The notes beneath the pieces were generated by a model. It made no database searches. It saw nothing but the letters and a program-made list of their open reading frames with translations, and was not told the DNA's origin. Both the position numbers and the translations under genes were made by a program. This document shows, piece after piece, positions 11,512-19,779 of a stretch of 64,000 bases of DNA (positions within the stretch are counted from its first letter, which is position 1; the number at the start of each line of letters is the position of its first letter). The stretch is from Candidatus Latescibacterota bacterium (GTDB taxonomy: Bacteria > Latescibacterota > UBA2968 > UBA8231), in assembly GCA_965223905.1 (NCBI GenBank), contig CBDCXV010000010.1, positions 1,184,001 to 1,248,000 on the forward strand, given 5' to 3'.

Positions 11512-13272
11512 ATGGCACTGTTGGCATTGGCCAAAGGTTTTTTCGAAACCGCTTCCCGAAAGCTCCCGTGTCCCCGTTCCGCTCCGTTCTCGCTGCTCGC
11601 CCTGCTGCCGACGGCCGTCCACGCCGTCGACTTCACCTCCTCCAACCTGCCCATTGTCGTCATCGACACCCGCGGCCAGACCATTCCCGACGAGCCCAAG
11701 ATCGACGCCTGGATGGGACTGATCGACAACGGTCCCGGGCGGCGCAACAGCCTGGGCGACCCCTTTGACGGCAGTGAGGGGCCCATCGCCATAGAGACGC
11801 GGGGCGCCAGCACCCAGGGGTTTCCCAAGAAATCCTACTCCCTTGAAACGCGGCAGCCCGACGGCGAAAACCGCAACGTCTCCCTCCTGGGGCTGCCGGT
11901 GGAGAACGACTGGATCCTCTACGGCCCCTACAGCGACAAATCGCTCCTGCGCAATGCCCTGGTCTACTGGATGGCCGCACAGATGGGGGCCTACGCCAGC
12001 CGCAGCCGCTTCTGCGAACTGGTCGTCAACCGCGATTACCGGGGGGTGTACGTGCTGCTGGAAAAGATCAAGCGCGACCGCAACCGGGTCGCCATCGCCC
12101 GGCTCGATCCCGACGAGCTGGCCGGCGACGATCTGACAGGCGGCTATATCATCCGGGTCGACCGCTATGTCGAGGGAGTCGACCGCGGCTGGTACTCATC
12201 CTACGCCTTCAGGGAAAACCGCCTGTTCTACCAGTTCTACTACCCGTCCGCGGACGACATAAAACCGGAGCAGGAAGCCTATATCCGCACCTACATCGAC
12301 AGCCTGGAGACCGCCCTGGCCCACTCCCGGGGGGACTATGACCGCTTTATCGATGCGGCATCCTTTGCCGACTATCTCATTGTCAACGAGGTGGTCAAAA
12401 ACGTTGACGCCTACCGTCTGAGCCTGTTCATGCACAAGGACAAGGACAGGGACAGCGCCGGCGGCAAGCTGACGATGGGGCCTGTGTGGGATTTCAACCT
12501 GGCCCTGGGCAATGTCAACTACAACGTCCATCCCAGCCTGGAGCTGCAAAGGCCCACGACCCACCGCTTGCAAATCGCCAACGCGGCCACCTGGTTTTCC
12601 GTTCCCTTCTGGTTCTGGTGGCGGCGCCTGCTCCAGGACGAGGCCTTCCTCGATACGCTGAAGGAGCGTTGGCACACTCATCGGAGAGGGGCTTTGCGAG
12701 GAGACAGACTGACGGCCCACGTAGACAGCCTGGCCCGAAGCCTGCAAGAGGCCCAGGCGCGCAACTTTGAGCGCTGGCCCGTTCTGGGCCAGTACATCTT
12801 GCCCAACGATTTCATCGGCCAGACCTACGCCGAGGAGGTCGCCTATCTCAAACGATGGTTGGACGAGCGGCTCAGCTATCTCGACGACTACTTTATGGCC
12901 GAGGCGCGCCGGGTGGCCGATGTGGCGGCCGATGATTTATTGCTCTTGAAAGAGCCCGATACGGCCGTTGCCCCATCCCCCCTGGGCCATCCCGCCCTCT
13001 TGGCCTTGTCCGCAAGTTTCCCCAACCCCTTCAACGGCAGCGCCGCCATCCGGTTTACCCTGCCCGGGGCTGTCGACATGGACCTGTCCATCTACAGTAT
13101 GGCCGGGCAACGAGTCGCGACGCTGGCCAGCGGGCTCCACCCCGGGGGAACGCATACTGTGCGCTGGCACGGCCGGGATGACGAGGGCGGCGAAGTTGCT
13201 TCGGGGGTGTACCTGTACCAGCTGAGGATGGGGAGTTTGTCGGTGGCGCGGAAACTCGCTCTGGTGCGCTGA
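11512..13272 (+). CDS. CotH kinase family protein with FlgD-Ig/FPNPFN C-terminal domain
   Basis: RGASTQGFPKKSY, DWILYGPYSDKSLLRN, YRGVYVLLEKIKR, NVDAY, MGPVWDFN; ends SFPNPFN..WHGRDDEG..ASGVYLY..KLALVR. Confidence 0.88.
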   Translation: MALLALAKGFFETASRKLPCPRSAPFSLLALLPTAVHAVDFTSSNLPIVVIDTRGQTIPDEPKIDAWMGLIDNGPGRRNSLGDPFDGSEGPIAIETRGASTQGFPKKSYSLETRQPDGENRNVSLLGLPVENDWILYGPYSDKSLLRNALVYWMAAQMGAYASRSRFCELVVNRDYRGVYVLLEKIKRDRNRVAIARLDPDELAGDDLTGGYIIRVDRYVEGVDRGWYSSYAFRENRLFYQFYYPSADDIKPEQEAYIRTYIDSLETALAHSRGDYDRFIDAASFADYLIVNEVVKNVDAYRLSLFMHKDKDRDSAGGKLTMGPVWDFNLALGNVNYNVHPSLELQRPTTHRLQIANAATWFSVPFWFWWRRLLQDEAFLDTLKERWHTHRRGALRGDRLTAHVDSLARSLQEAQARNFERWPVLGQYILPNDFIGQTYAEEVAYLKRWLDERLSYLDDYFMAEARRVADVAADDLLLLKEPDTAVAPSPLGHPALLALSASFPNPFNGSAAIRFTLPGAVDMDLSIYSMAGQRVATLASGLHPGGTHTVRWHGRDDEGGEVASGVYLYQLRMGSLSVARKLALVR

Positions 13273-13443
13273 TCCTATCTCAAATTGTCTGCGAAGTTAT
13301 CAGAATCCACTGTTCGTCGGTCAGATTCCATGGGCAGAGCGTGGAAACCTGTCTCAAAACGGTCTAAGCAGAACGGATCCTCGTCATTTCCACAGTAAAC
13401 TGACCAAAATATATGGGCTCATTCTCGATTTTGAGACAGGTTC
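13271..13443 (+). repeat. MITE-like repeat, right copy (173 bp)
   Basis: Decayed left end GATCCTATCTCAAA, internal AACCTGTCTCAAAA (13346-13359), intact right end TTTTGAGACAGGTTC. Confidence 0.88.
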
Positions 13444-13676
13444 ATAAACTCGACTGCACAGATTGCCGGCTGCTCGCTCACGCAGCCTTCCCCGCCATCC
13501 GCATAGGGCGGATCCAGCCAGTCGAATACCGTCCCATCCCTGAGATCCAGTCGCGCAACGTCCTCGTCGGAAAGTTCCGTTAAGGGATACACGCGGTCCG
13601 TACTTGAGGGCTGCCGGGGTCGGGTTTGCATCAGTACGGCAGATGTCGCCATGGCGACTGTGAGCAAGCTCTTCAT
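13444..13676 (-). pseudogene. 5' half of the interrupted WGRIK-family gene (with an internal deletion)
   Basis: MKSLLTVAMATSAVL..DRVYPLTELSDEDVARLDLRDGTVFDWLD matches the paralog's DRVYPFIELTDEMRARIDLKDGQVEDW. It then jumps to PYADGG..QPAICAVEF and stops at the element end. Confidence 0.75.
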
Positions 13677-13786
13677 TGTTCCATTGCTTTCTTGAAAATG
13701 GATCGCGGCGGACCTGCAAGGGAGCGCGGTCCATACCATTGTTCATTCCCTGATCGTCCGATCTGCAGGGCGTCTCGATCCGGACA

Positions 13787-14539
13787 CTATAGAGCGGACT
13801 CGGCGCGCGCGATGAAATCCCTGGCACCGGCCGCCAGCCAGGCGCCCACCGAGGTCAGGACCACCCGCGCGCCGCGGCCGACGTAGTCCTCCACCTGGTC
13901 GTTGGAGGTGGTGAAGCCGGCGACCCGCCCGGCGGCGTTGATGCGCGCGAGGGCGTCGGTGATCGTATCCTGGACCTCCGGATGCGCGGTGTCGGCGTTA
14001 TGCCCCATCGACTGGGCGAGGTCCGTGGGGGCTACGAAGAAGACGTCGATGTGATCGACCGTGAGGATCTCGTCGAGATTCCCGATCGCCTTGATGTCCT
14101 CGATCAGCACGATGAGCAGCGACTGTTCGTTGGCCTTCTCGAAGAAGTTCTCGACCCCGAATCCCTGACGACTGGTGTACATGCCGCGCTTGCCGGCCGG
14201 CGCGAACTTGCCGCCGTCGACGACGTTCTGCGCCTCCTCCCTGGTGTCGACGTGGGGTACGCATATGCCGGTGGCGCCGCAATCCAGGGTGCGGTAGATC
14301 AGCGCCTGGTCGTTCCTGTTGACGCGCACCACCGAGGTCATCCCCCAGATGTCGCAGGCGCGCGTCAGGTCGCCGAGCCGGGAGGCGTCGGCGGAGCCGT
14401 GTTCCCCCTCGAGCCAGACGCCGTCGAAGCCGTTGGGGCCGAAGGCGTCGATGCCGTCGGGGTCGGAGATGCCGCTGACGATGCAGGCGACGCCCCCGTC
14501 GGCGAGCTTCTGCTTGATCCGGTTGGGTCTGATGTTCAT
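13787..14539 (-). CDS. HpcH/HpaI aldolase family protein
   Basis: GFDGVWLEGEH, VVRV, LDCGATGICVPHV, LIEDIKAIGNLDEI, PTDLAQSMG. Confidence 0.88.
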   Translation of the reverse strand: MNIRPNRIKQKLADGGVACIVSGISDPDGIDAFGPNGFDGVWLEGEHGSADASRLGDLTRACDIWGMTSVVRVNRNDQALIYRTLDCGATGICVPHVDTREEAQNVVDGGKFAPAGKRGMYTSRQGFGVENFFEKANEQSLLIVLIEDIKAIGNLDEILTVDHIDVFFVAPTDLAQSMGHNADTAHPEVQDTITDALARINAAGRVAGFTTSNDQVEDYVGRGARVVLTSVGAWLAAGARDFIARAESAL

Positions 14540-14567
14540 CTCGTTTTTCTCCCGGTAATGGTGGTTT

Positions 14568-15650
14568 TCAACGGATCTCGATCTTCCTCCCGGTTTCGGC
14601 GCTGCCGTAGAGGGCGTCGAGGATCTTCATGAACAGGTGCGCCTCCGCTGCCGAGACCTCCGGCACGGTTTCGCCGGCAACTGCCAGGGCGAAGCGCTCG
14701 ATCTCGTGGTAGAACGGCGACGCCCCCTCGGGCGCCTCGGTCTGCTCGATATCGGATTTCTGCGGGATCTCCTCGCGCCGGTACCCCTCCCCGGTTCGAC
14801 GGAAGACCGCCTCGTTCGGCGGCGAACCGGGGGTGCCGCCCAGGCCGCAGCGGGCATTGCCGGCGATGGCCCCCTCGGTGCCGTGCAGCTCGCAGATCCG
14901 CGGCGAGTCGCTGTGGCTGGAGTTGCTGCAGTCGATCTGGATCGTCCTGCCGCCGGCGAAGCCGAGGAGGCCGCTGAAGTAGTCTTCCGAGGGGCCTTCC
15001 GGGCCGTCGTACAGGGGGTGCAGGTGGTGCTTGGCGGCGAATGCCCACTGCGGTTGAGGACAGCCCATCCACCACCAGAGCAGGTTGAGATCGTGCGACA
15101 TGTGCTGGGCGAGCACGCCCCCCTTCTGCCCGTACACGTGCAGCCAGCGGTTGGCCCCGGTGATCGTTCCCGGCGGGCTCGCGTTCTTGCTGAAGTAGCG
15201 GCCGTGGTAGGGCTCGCCGATCATTCCCGCGGCCACCGCGAGGCGCACGGCGCGGTTGTGGGGATAGTGGCGCAGGTAGTAGCAGAACTGGACGACCCTG
15301 CCGGCCCGTTGCGAGGCCGCCTCCATATCGAGGATCTCGCCTGCCCGCGTCGCGTGCGGCTTCTGCACCAGGACGTGCTTGCCCGCGGCGAGGCTGTCGA
15401 GGACCATCGGCGTGCGGATGTCGGGAGGGACGCCGAGATAGACGGCGTCGACGCGGCCGTCGCTCAGCAACTCGCGGTAGTCGGCGTAGCGGCCGGGAAT
15501 GTCGAACTCCTCGGCCACCGGGTCGCGGCGGCCCGTGTCGGTATCGGCGATCGCCGCGTTCTCGACCCGCGCCATCTGGGACGCGGAGAGCGCTGCCTGC
15601 CTGCCGGTGAAGCCGGCCCCGACGATGCCGAGCCGAAGCGGCCGCCTCAC
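14568..15650 (-). CDS. Gfo/Idh/MocA oxidoreductase
   Basis: LGIVGAG Rossmann start, GKHVLVQKP (EKP variant), GGVLAQHMSHD. Confidence 0.85.
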   Translation of the reverse strand: MRRPLRLGIVGAGFTGRQAALSASQMARVENAAIADTDTGRRDPVAEEFDIPGRYADYRELLSDGRVDAVYLGVPPDIRTPMVLDSLAAGKHVLVQKPHATRAGEILDMEAASQRAGRVVQFCYYLRHYPHNRAVRLAVAAGMIGEPYHGRYFSKNASPPGTITGANRWLHVYGQKGGVLAQHMSHDLNLLWWWMGCPQPQWAFAAKHHLHPLYDGPEGPSEDYFSGLLGFAGGRTIQIDCSNSSHSDSPRICELHGTEGAIAGNARCGLGGTPGSPPNEAVFRRTGEGYRREEIPQKSDIEQTEAPEGASPFYHEIERFALAVAGETVPEVSAAEAHLFMKILDALYGSAETGRKIEIR

Positions 15651-15675
15651 GGCCGCCTGCCCGGGGGAGCCGGCC

Positions 15676-16638
15676 TCAACAGATCGTCCCTCGATGGTGC
15701 CTGATGCCGTTTCCCGGCGGGGGATCGCCGACCCAGCGGCTGTCGATCGGCTCGGAGGCGAGCTGGTAGCGCGAGTCGGTGGAGATCCGCAGGCGGTCGG
15801 TCTGATTGTCGTGGGCGGCGTGCATGGTGTACATCGTGAAGACCAGCAGGTCCCCCATCCTGTAGTCGGCGGTCAGCCAGCGGCCTCCGAGGTCGGCGCG
15901 GGTGTCGATCGGGTCCTTGCCGTAGGGGCCGAGGGTGGTCCACCGAATGCGGTTCCTCTCTTCGCCCGTCAGCTCGCGATTCTCCGCCTTCGCCGCGCCG
16001 ATGATGGCCGCGGCCTCCCCGGAATTCTCGCAGTACAGGTTGACGTCGGCGCAGCCGTAGGTCGCCTTCAGCTCCTCCTGCAGGTGCGAGCCTTCGAGCA
16101 GCATCAGCCCGCCCATTTCAAACGGGACGTCGTCGAGGGGGGTCCAGGAGGTGTACAGGTTCCTGGTGCCGCGCGACATGAAGACGATGTCGCAGTGCGG
16201 ATCGGTGGCGATGGTCTCCCCCTTCGTCTTGGCCCGGAACCAGGTGTGGTCGAAGTGCGCCACCTGCCCGCCCAGGAAGAACTCGTAGAACTCGATCATG
16301 CGGCCCGAGTAGAGCAGCTTGTCGATCTCGGGGTTGTCGACCGGCACGTCCTGGGCCGAGCGCATCTTCGTTTCGGGCTTGAATCGCCCTTCCTCGAGAG
16401 GGCTTCCCTCCTCGAAGACCCCCGTTGCGGCGATCCGCCTCAAGGCGCTCATGCGCGCCGCGGCGACCTCGTCGCGGTCGAGGTGCCCGGGAAGGAAGAG
16501 ATAGCCGTCGGCCGCCATGCGCCGGTGCAGCTCTTCGCGGTTCCCGACAACGTCGATGGAACTGCGCAGGGGGCCGACCCCCGTCATGTCGAGTGGACGG
16601 CCGCTGAAGGTGAACTGGGGAAGTGTTTCCGTCGTCAT
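15676..16638 (-). CDS. Phytanoyl-CoA dioxygenase (PhyH) family Fe(II)/2OG oxygenase
   Basis: DGYLFLPG, HxD motif PHCD, WTPLDD, LEGSH, GDLLVF..MHAA, RISTDSRY. Likely start ATG 16638. Confidence 0.85.
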   Translation of the reverse strand: MTTETLPQFTFSGRPLDMTGVGPLRSSIDVVGNREELHRRMAADGYLFLPGHLDRDEVAAARMSALRRIAATGVFEEGSPLEEGRFKPETKMRSAQDVPVDNPEIDKLLYSGRMIEFYEFFLGGQVAHFDHTWFRAKTKGETIATDPHCDIVFMSRGTRNLYTSWTPLDDVPFEMGGLMLLEGSHLQEELKATYGCADVNLYCENSGEAAAIIGAAKAENRELTGEERNRIRWTTLGPYGKDPIDTRADLGGRWLTADYRMGDLLVFTMYTMHAAHDNQTDRLRISTDSRYQLASEPIDSRWVGDPPPGNGIRHHRGTIC

Positions 16639-16809
16639 CGGGTCCCGTTTCGATTGCGAAGGTGAGGACGAAGTACGGAAAGATAGGCCGGTGTCCGGGG
16701 CACTGCGAGCCGTGCCCCGGGAAGGATTCCGGTCTTCAGGGCTCTCGGGGGCTGCAGGCAGGACAGGCGGCAAGTGCCCTGCCGTCAAGGGTTCCCGGGG
16801 AGCCTGGCA

Positions 16810-17022
16810 GACCGGGTCCGGAACGTGGACGATCAGCTCGTCGACGCTCTCGCACCCCAGGGCGCGGTAGATGCGATCGAGGGTATCGAGGTCGATGCGC
16901 TTGATCTCGCCCCTGACCAGGCGGTTCACCTGCTGGCGCGGCATCCCGATTCTGCGGGCGAGCTCGGACTGCGTGGGCGCTCCCTTCCGCTCCAGGAGCT
17001 CCTTCAGGCGGAACTTCATCAT
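16810..17022 (-). CDS. XRE/Cro-type HTH domain (no stop; reads in frame into the PhyH gene)
   Basis: MKFRLKELLERKG..TQSELARRIGMPRQQVNRL..RIDLDTLDRIYRALGC..DELI. Lower coordinate is approximate. Confidence 0.7.
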
Positions 17023-17205
17023 GGCTCATGCCTCCGGTTCGATTACCTGGTCGTGTCCCTGCAGCCAAGGTTCCCCGGGGGGGTATACGCTGTATTCAGG
17101 AAACGATGACAACGCAGATAGCCGAAAGCTGTGTTGACATACCGATACCTGGTTGCGGGGTTCGCCAAGTGGCCAGCACCATCTGGATGCAAGGCCAACT
17201 CAGGG

Positions 17206-18336
17206 CTAGCGGGATTCCCCCCGCCTTTGCCACAGTTCCAGCACATGTTCGCGCGGTTCCAGCGGTGCCCGGACGCGCGCTTTGCGCAAGTGCGATTCCC
17301 AGGTGGCGTGAATCATCTCCAGGCAGTCACGCCCATCCCTTCCGCTGGCTGCCGGATCGCGTCCTTCCTCGATTGCGGCAATCAGATCGCGGAGCATCAA
17401 CCGCTGTAAAAACAACCTCTTCGCCGCCATGTCGCGCCGCTTGCCCTGTTCGTCGACATCCTCGTAGGAGATCGATTGAGGGGTCCACCCCTCAATGGGG
17501 GTGTGATGCGCACCGTCGTGGATGAACAAGGCGGTTCCGACACTGCCTCGCAGGGCCAGGCGCCCTTCTGTTCCGATCAGGTCGAGACCGTATGCATCGT
17601 CCTTGGCACGCGGCTCGGCAAGAAACTCCACCTGTGCATGTATTCCCGTCTTGAAACGGAAGGAAACGAATCCGCGCTCACCCAGGACGAGGCCGGAATC
17701 GCGATCGCTTGCATCGACTTCCCGGGTATGTCTGATGTCGCGGATTTCCGATTCCCTGCCGTCGAGCTGCTGGAGGTGGCCGTGTGCCCATTCCATGTCT
17801 CCGGCGAAAAGGCGAACCCAGTCGTACAAATGGGTTCCCATCTCCATCAAGGCGTTGCCGGCGCGCCTTCCCCCTTTCTCGAAAGCCTTGACCTGGATGA
17901 GCCGGCCGATCTCTCCGCTGTCGATCTGTTCCTGCACGTGGAGGTTGTACGGACTGGCCCGCTTGATGTGATTGATGGCGAGGCGCACGTCGTTGTCGTC
18001 GCAGGAGGCCACCATGGCGTCGGCCTCGGCCAGGTTCAAGGCGATAGGTTTTTCGCAGAAGACGTGGATGCCGCGTCGCGCCGCGGCCAGAGTGGCTGTG
18101 CAGTGCACGGGTGAATGTGTAGCTATGATGACGATGTCGGGCTCGAGCTCGTCCATCATCTTCTCGAAATCTTCGAAGACCGCCTTGACGGCGAAACGCT
18201 GCCGCCATTTGCGCGTTTGGTCGGGATCGACTTCGGCGGCGCCGGCGAGCTCGCAGGTTTTTTCCGCTTCTACCGCCTCGGCGTGGTGATGTCCCATGCT
18301 GCCGAGTCCGACTATGGCGATGCGATATGATTTCAC
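17206..18336 (-). CDS. Gfo/Idh/MocA oxidoreductase
   Basis: IAIVGLGSMG, HVFCEKPIA, LMEMGTHLYD. GTG start 18336. Confidence 0.88.
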   Translation of the reverse strand: MKSYRIAIVGLGSMGHHHAEAVEAEKTCELAGAAEVDPDQTRKWRQRFAVKAVFEDFEKMMDELEPDIVIIATHSPVHCTATLAAARRGIHVFCEKPIALNLAEADAMVASCDDNDVRLAINHIKRASPYNLHVQEQIDSGEIGRLIQVKAFEKGGRRAGNALMEMGTHLYDWVRLFAGDMEWAHGHLQQLDGRESEIRDIRHTREVDASDRDSGLVLGERGFVSFRFKTGIHAQVEFLAEPRAKDDAYGLDLIGTEGRLALRGSVGTALFIHDGAHHTPIEGWTPQSISYEDVDEQGKRRDMAAKRLFLQRLMLRDLIAAIEEGRDPAASGRDGRDCLEMIHATWESHLRKARVRAPLEPREHVLELWQRRGESR

Positions 18337-18394
18337 GGCTGAGCTCCCCTGTCGATTCGCCATCCACGGCCCCATCGGAACGTGGAAAGGAGGA

Positions 18395-19381
18395 TCAGGT
18401 CACCCGCAGGAGGCGGCGGCCTCCGGCAAGCAGTTTCAGCAGCCGGCTCGGGAAGGCCTCGACTGCAAAATAGGAAACCAGGCTGCCCCCGAATCCGCGC
18501 TTGAAAAAGGCGATTCCCGGCAGGTTGGCGCCGACGAAGTCGAACCGGGGAAAACCGGTCCGCTCGAGCAGCTTCCAGTACAGGAAGGAAGTGGCGCCGC
18601 TGTCGCGAAAGGCGGGATCGGCGCCGGAGACCCAGGCGTAGATGGTGTCGAAGCCGCGGGCGAATACGACCACCGACGCGGTGCGGCCAGTGCCGTCGAC
18701 GACGCGGTAGGCCTCGGTGAGTTCGCGTTTCCGCGCCTCGAAGGCGAACCGCCGCATGATATCGGCGGCAACCGGAGGTCGCCCCTGTTCGCCATAGACC
18801 ATCTCGTACTGCTGCACGAGCTCGTCGAGATCGTCGGCAGGCTCGAACCGGAATATCTCCGAGGCTTTGCGGATTACGGTGCGGGTGCGGCGCTCGAGCC
18901 GTGACCAGACCGCGGCCGAACCGCAGCGGAGGTCGGTGAGGTAGGTGTAACGGGGCGCCGCGTTCCAACCTGCCCAGGAAAACTCGCGGACGTCGTCGAT
19001 TGCAGGCGACAAGGTGAGGTGCACGTGGCCGTAGCGGCCCTCGAGGAATTCGATCAGGGCGCGGGCTTCCCCGCGGCGCTCCGATTCCTGCCGCGACGGC
19101 AGGTCGCTGGGGACCGGCCGGTGGACAAAGCCGCCGTGGGGCAGCAGGGGCGGGGTGATCAACTGCCTGCCGCGACGGCGCTCGATTCCGCTGACCCCGG
19201 CTACGAGCTGTCCCTTCTTGTAACAGCGGTAGCCGACGGCGCGGTCGCCGGTCGCTTCCTGCGCGCACTCCAGCCAGGCCCGCGTCGAGAATACCGTTCC
19301 GCCCACGGCGCTGCGCACGAACGGGTCCCAGTCGTCGGCGTTGCTCGCATCGGCGATTTCGTAGATGTCCAGGGCGGGCAT
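18395..19381 (-). CDS. GNAT/FemAB-like acyltransferase family protein
   Basis: WDPFV..GTVFSTRAWL, RYTYLTDL, RTVIRKA, FDFVGAN..IAFFKRGFGG. Confidence 0.78.
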   Translation of the reverse strand: MPALDIYEIADASNADDWDPFVRSAVGGTVFSTRAWLECAQEATGDRAVGYRCYKKGQLVAGVSGIERRRGRQLITPPLLPHGGFVHRPVPSDLPSRQESERRGEARALIEFLEGRYGHVHLTLSPAIDDVREFSWAGWNAAPRYTYLTDLRCGSAAVWSRLERRTRTVIRKASEIFRFEPADDLDELVQQYEMVYGEQGRPPVAADIMRRFAFEARKRELTEAYRVVDGTGRTASVVVFARGFDTIYAWVSGADPAFRDSGATSFLYWKLLERTGFPRFDFVGANLPGIAFFKRGFGGSLVSYFAVEAFPSRLLKLLAGGRRLLRVT

Positions 19382-19420
19382 TATCCAGCGGTCACTGTCG
19401 GCGTTGTTGACATCGTGTTG

Positions 19421-19450
19421 TTGACATCGTCCGGGGGGCCATTCTATATT
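19421..19450 (+). promoter_or_regulatory. Candidate sigma70 promoter for the ilvC-leu operon
   Basis: TTGACA (19421-19426), 18-nt spacer, TATATT (19445-19450), followed by a conspicuously AT-rich tract. Confidence 0.55.
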
Positions 19451-19495
19451 AACAAAATTAACAAAACTAAACTTTATTCTAAACACTTGGGCCGG

Positions 19496-19681
19496 TTGAA
19501 TTTGTACTGCTCTCCAGGCAAGGATCGCGAGGCGGCTCCCGCCTCGCGCAACGAACTCGCAACACCGGCCTCTCTGCGCTTCCTTCCGATTATTCCCCTG
19601 CTCCTCGGCCTTCGCCTTACCGCGCTGATCGAGTAGGCTCCGCTCTTTCGCTACCAAATAACCCGATCGAGAACGGAGCCT
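19496..19681 (+). promoter_or_regulatory. Candidate Leu/Ile-rich leader peptide plus hairpin (attenuator-like)
   Basis: The last 20 codons before TAG 19634-19636 read LRFLPIIPLLLGLRLTALIE. Stem AGGCTCCG (19635-19642) / CGGAGCCT (19674-19681). Confidence 0.45.
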
Positions 19682-19779
19682 TGATGAAAATTCAAAGGCA
19701 GTGACCGAATTGTGTCTGTCGCGATGTCTGACGATACGAGACCGATGCTTCCCTCAACACACCCCAGGAGATGACGACG

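Larger units (their letters stand above)
5445..13443. mobile_element. Non-autonomous MITE-flanked composite element (~8.0 kb)
   Basis: Perfect 14-bp terminal IR GAACCTGTCTCAAA (5445-5458) / TTTGAGACAGGTTC (13430-13443). AT lies directly outside both ends. The two flanks are halves of one gene. No transposase inside. Confidence 0.8.

Noticed and set aside
5445-13443. Autonomous IS or transposon
   Set aside because: No transposase, integrase or resolvase ORF inside or elsewhere in the window.
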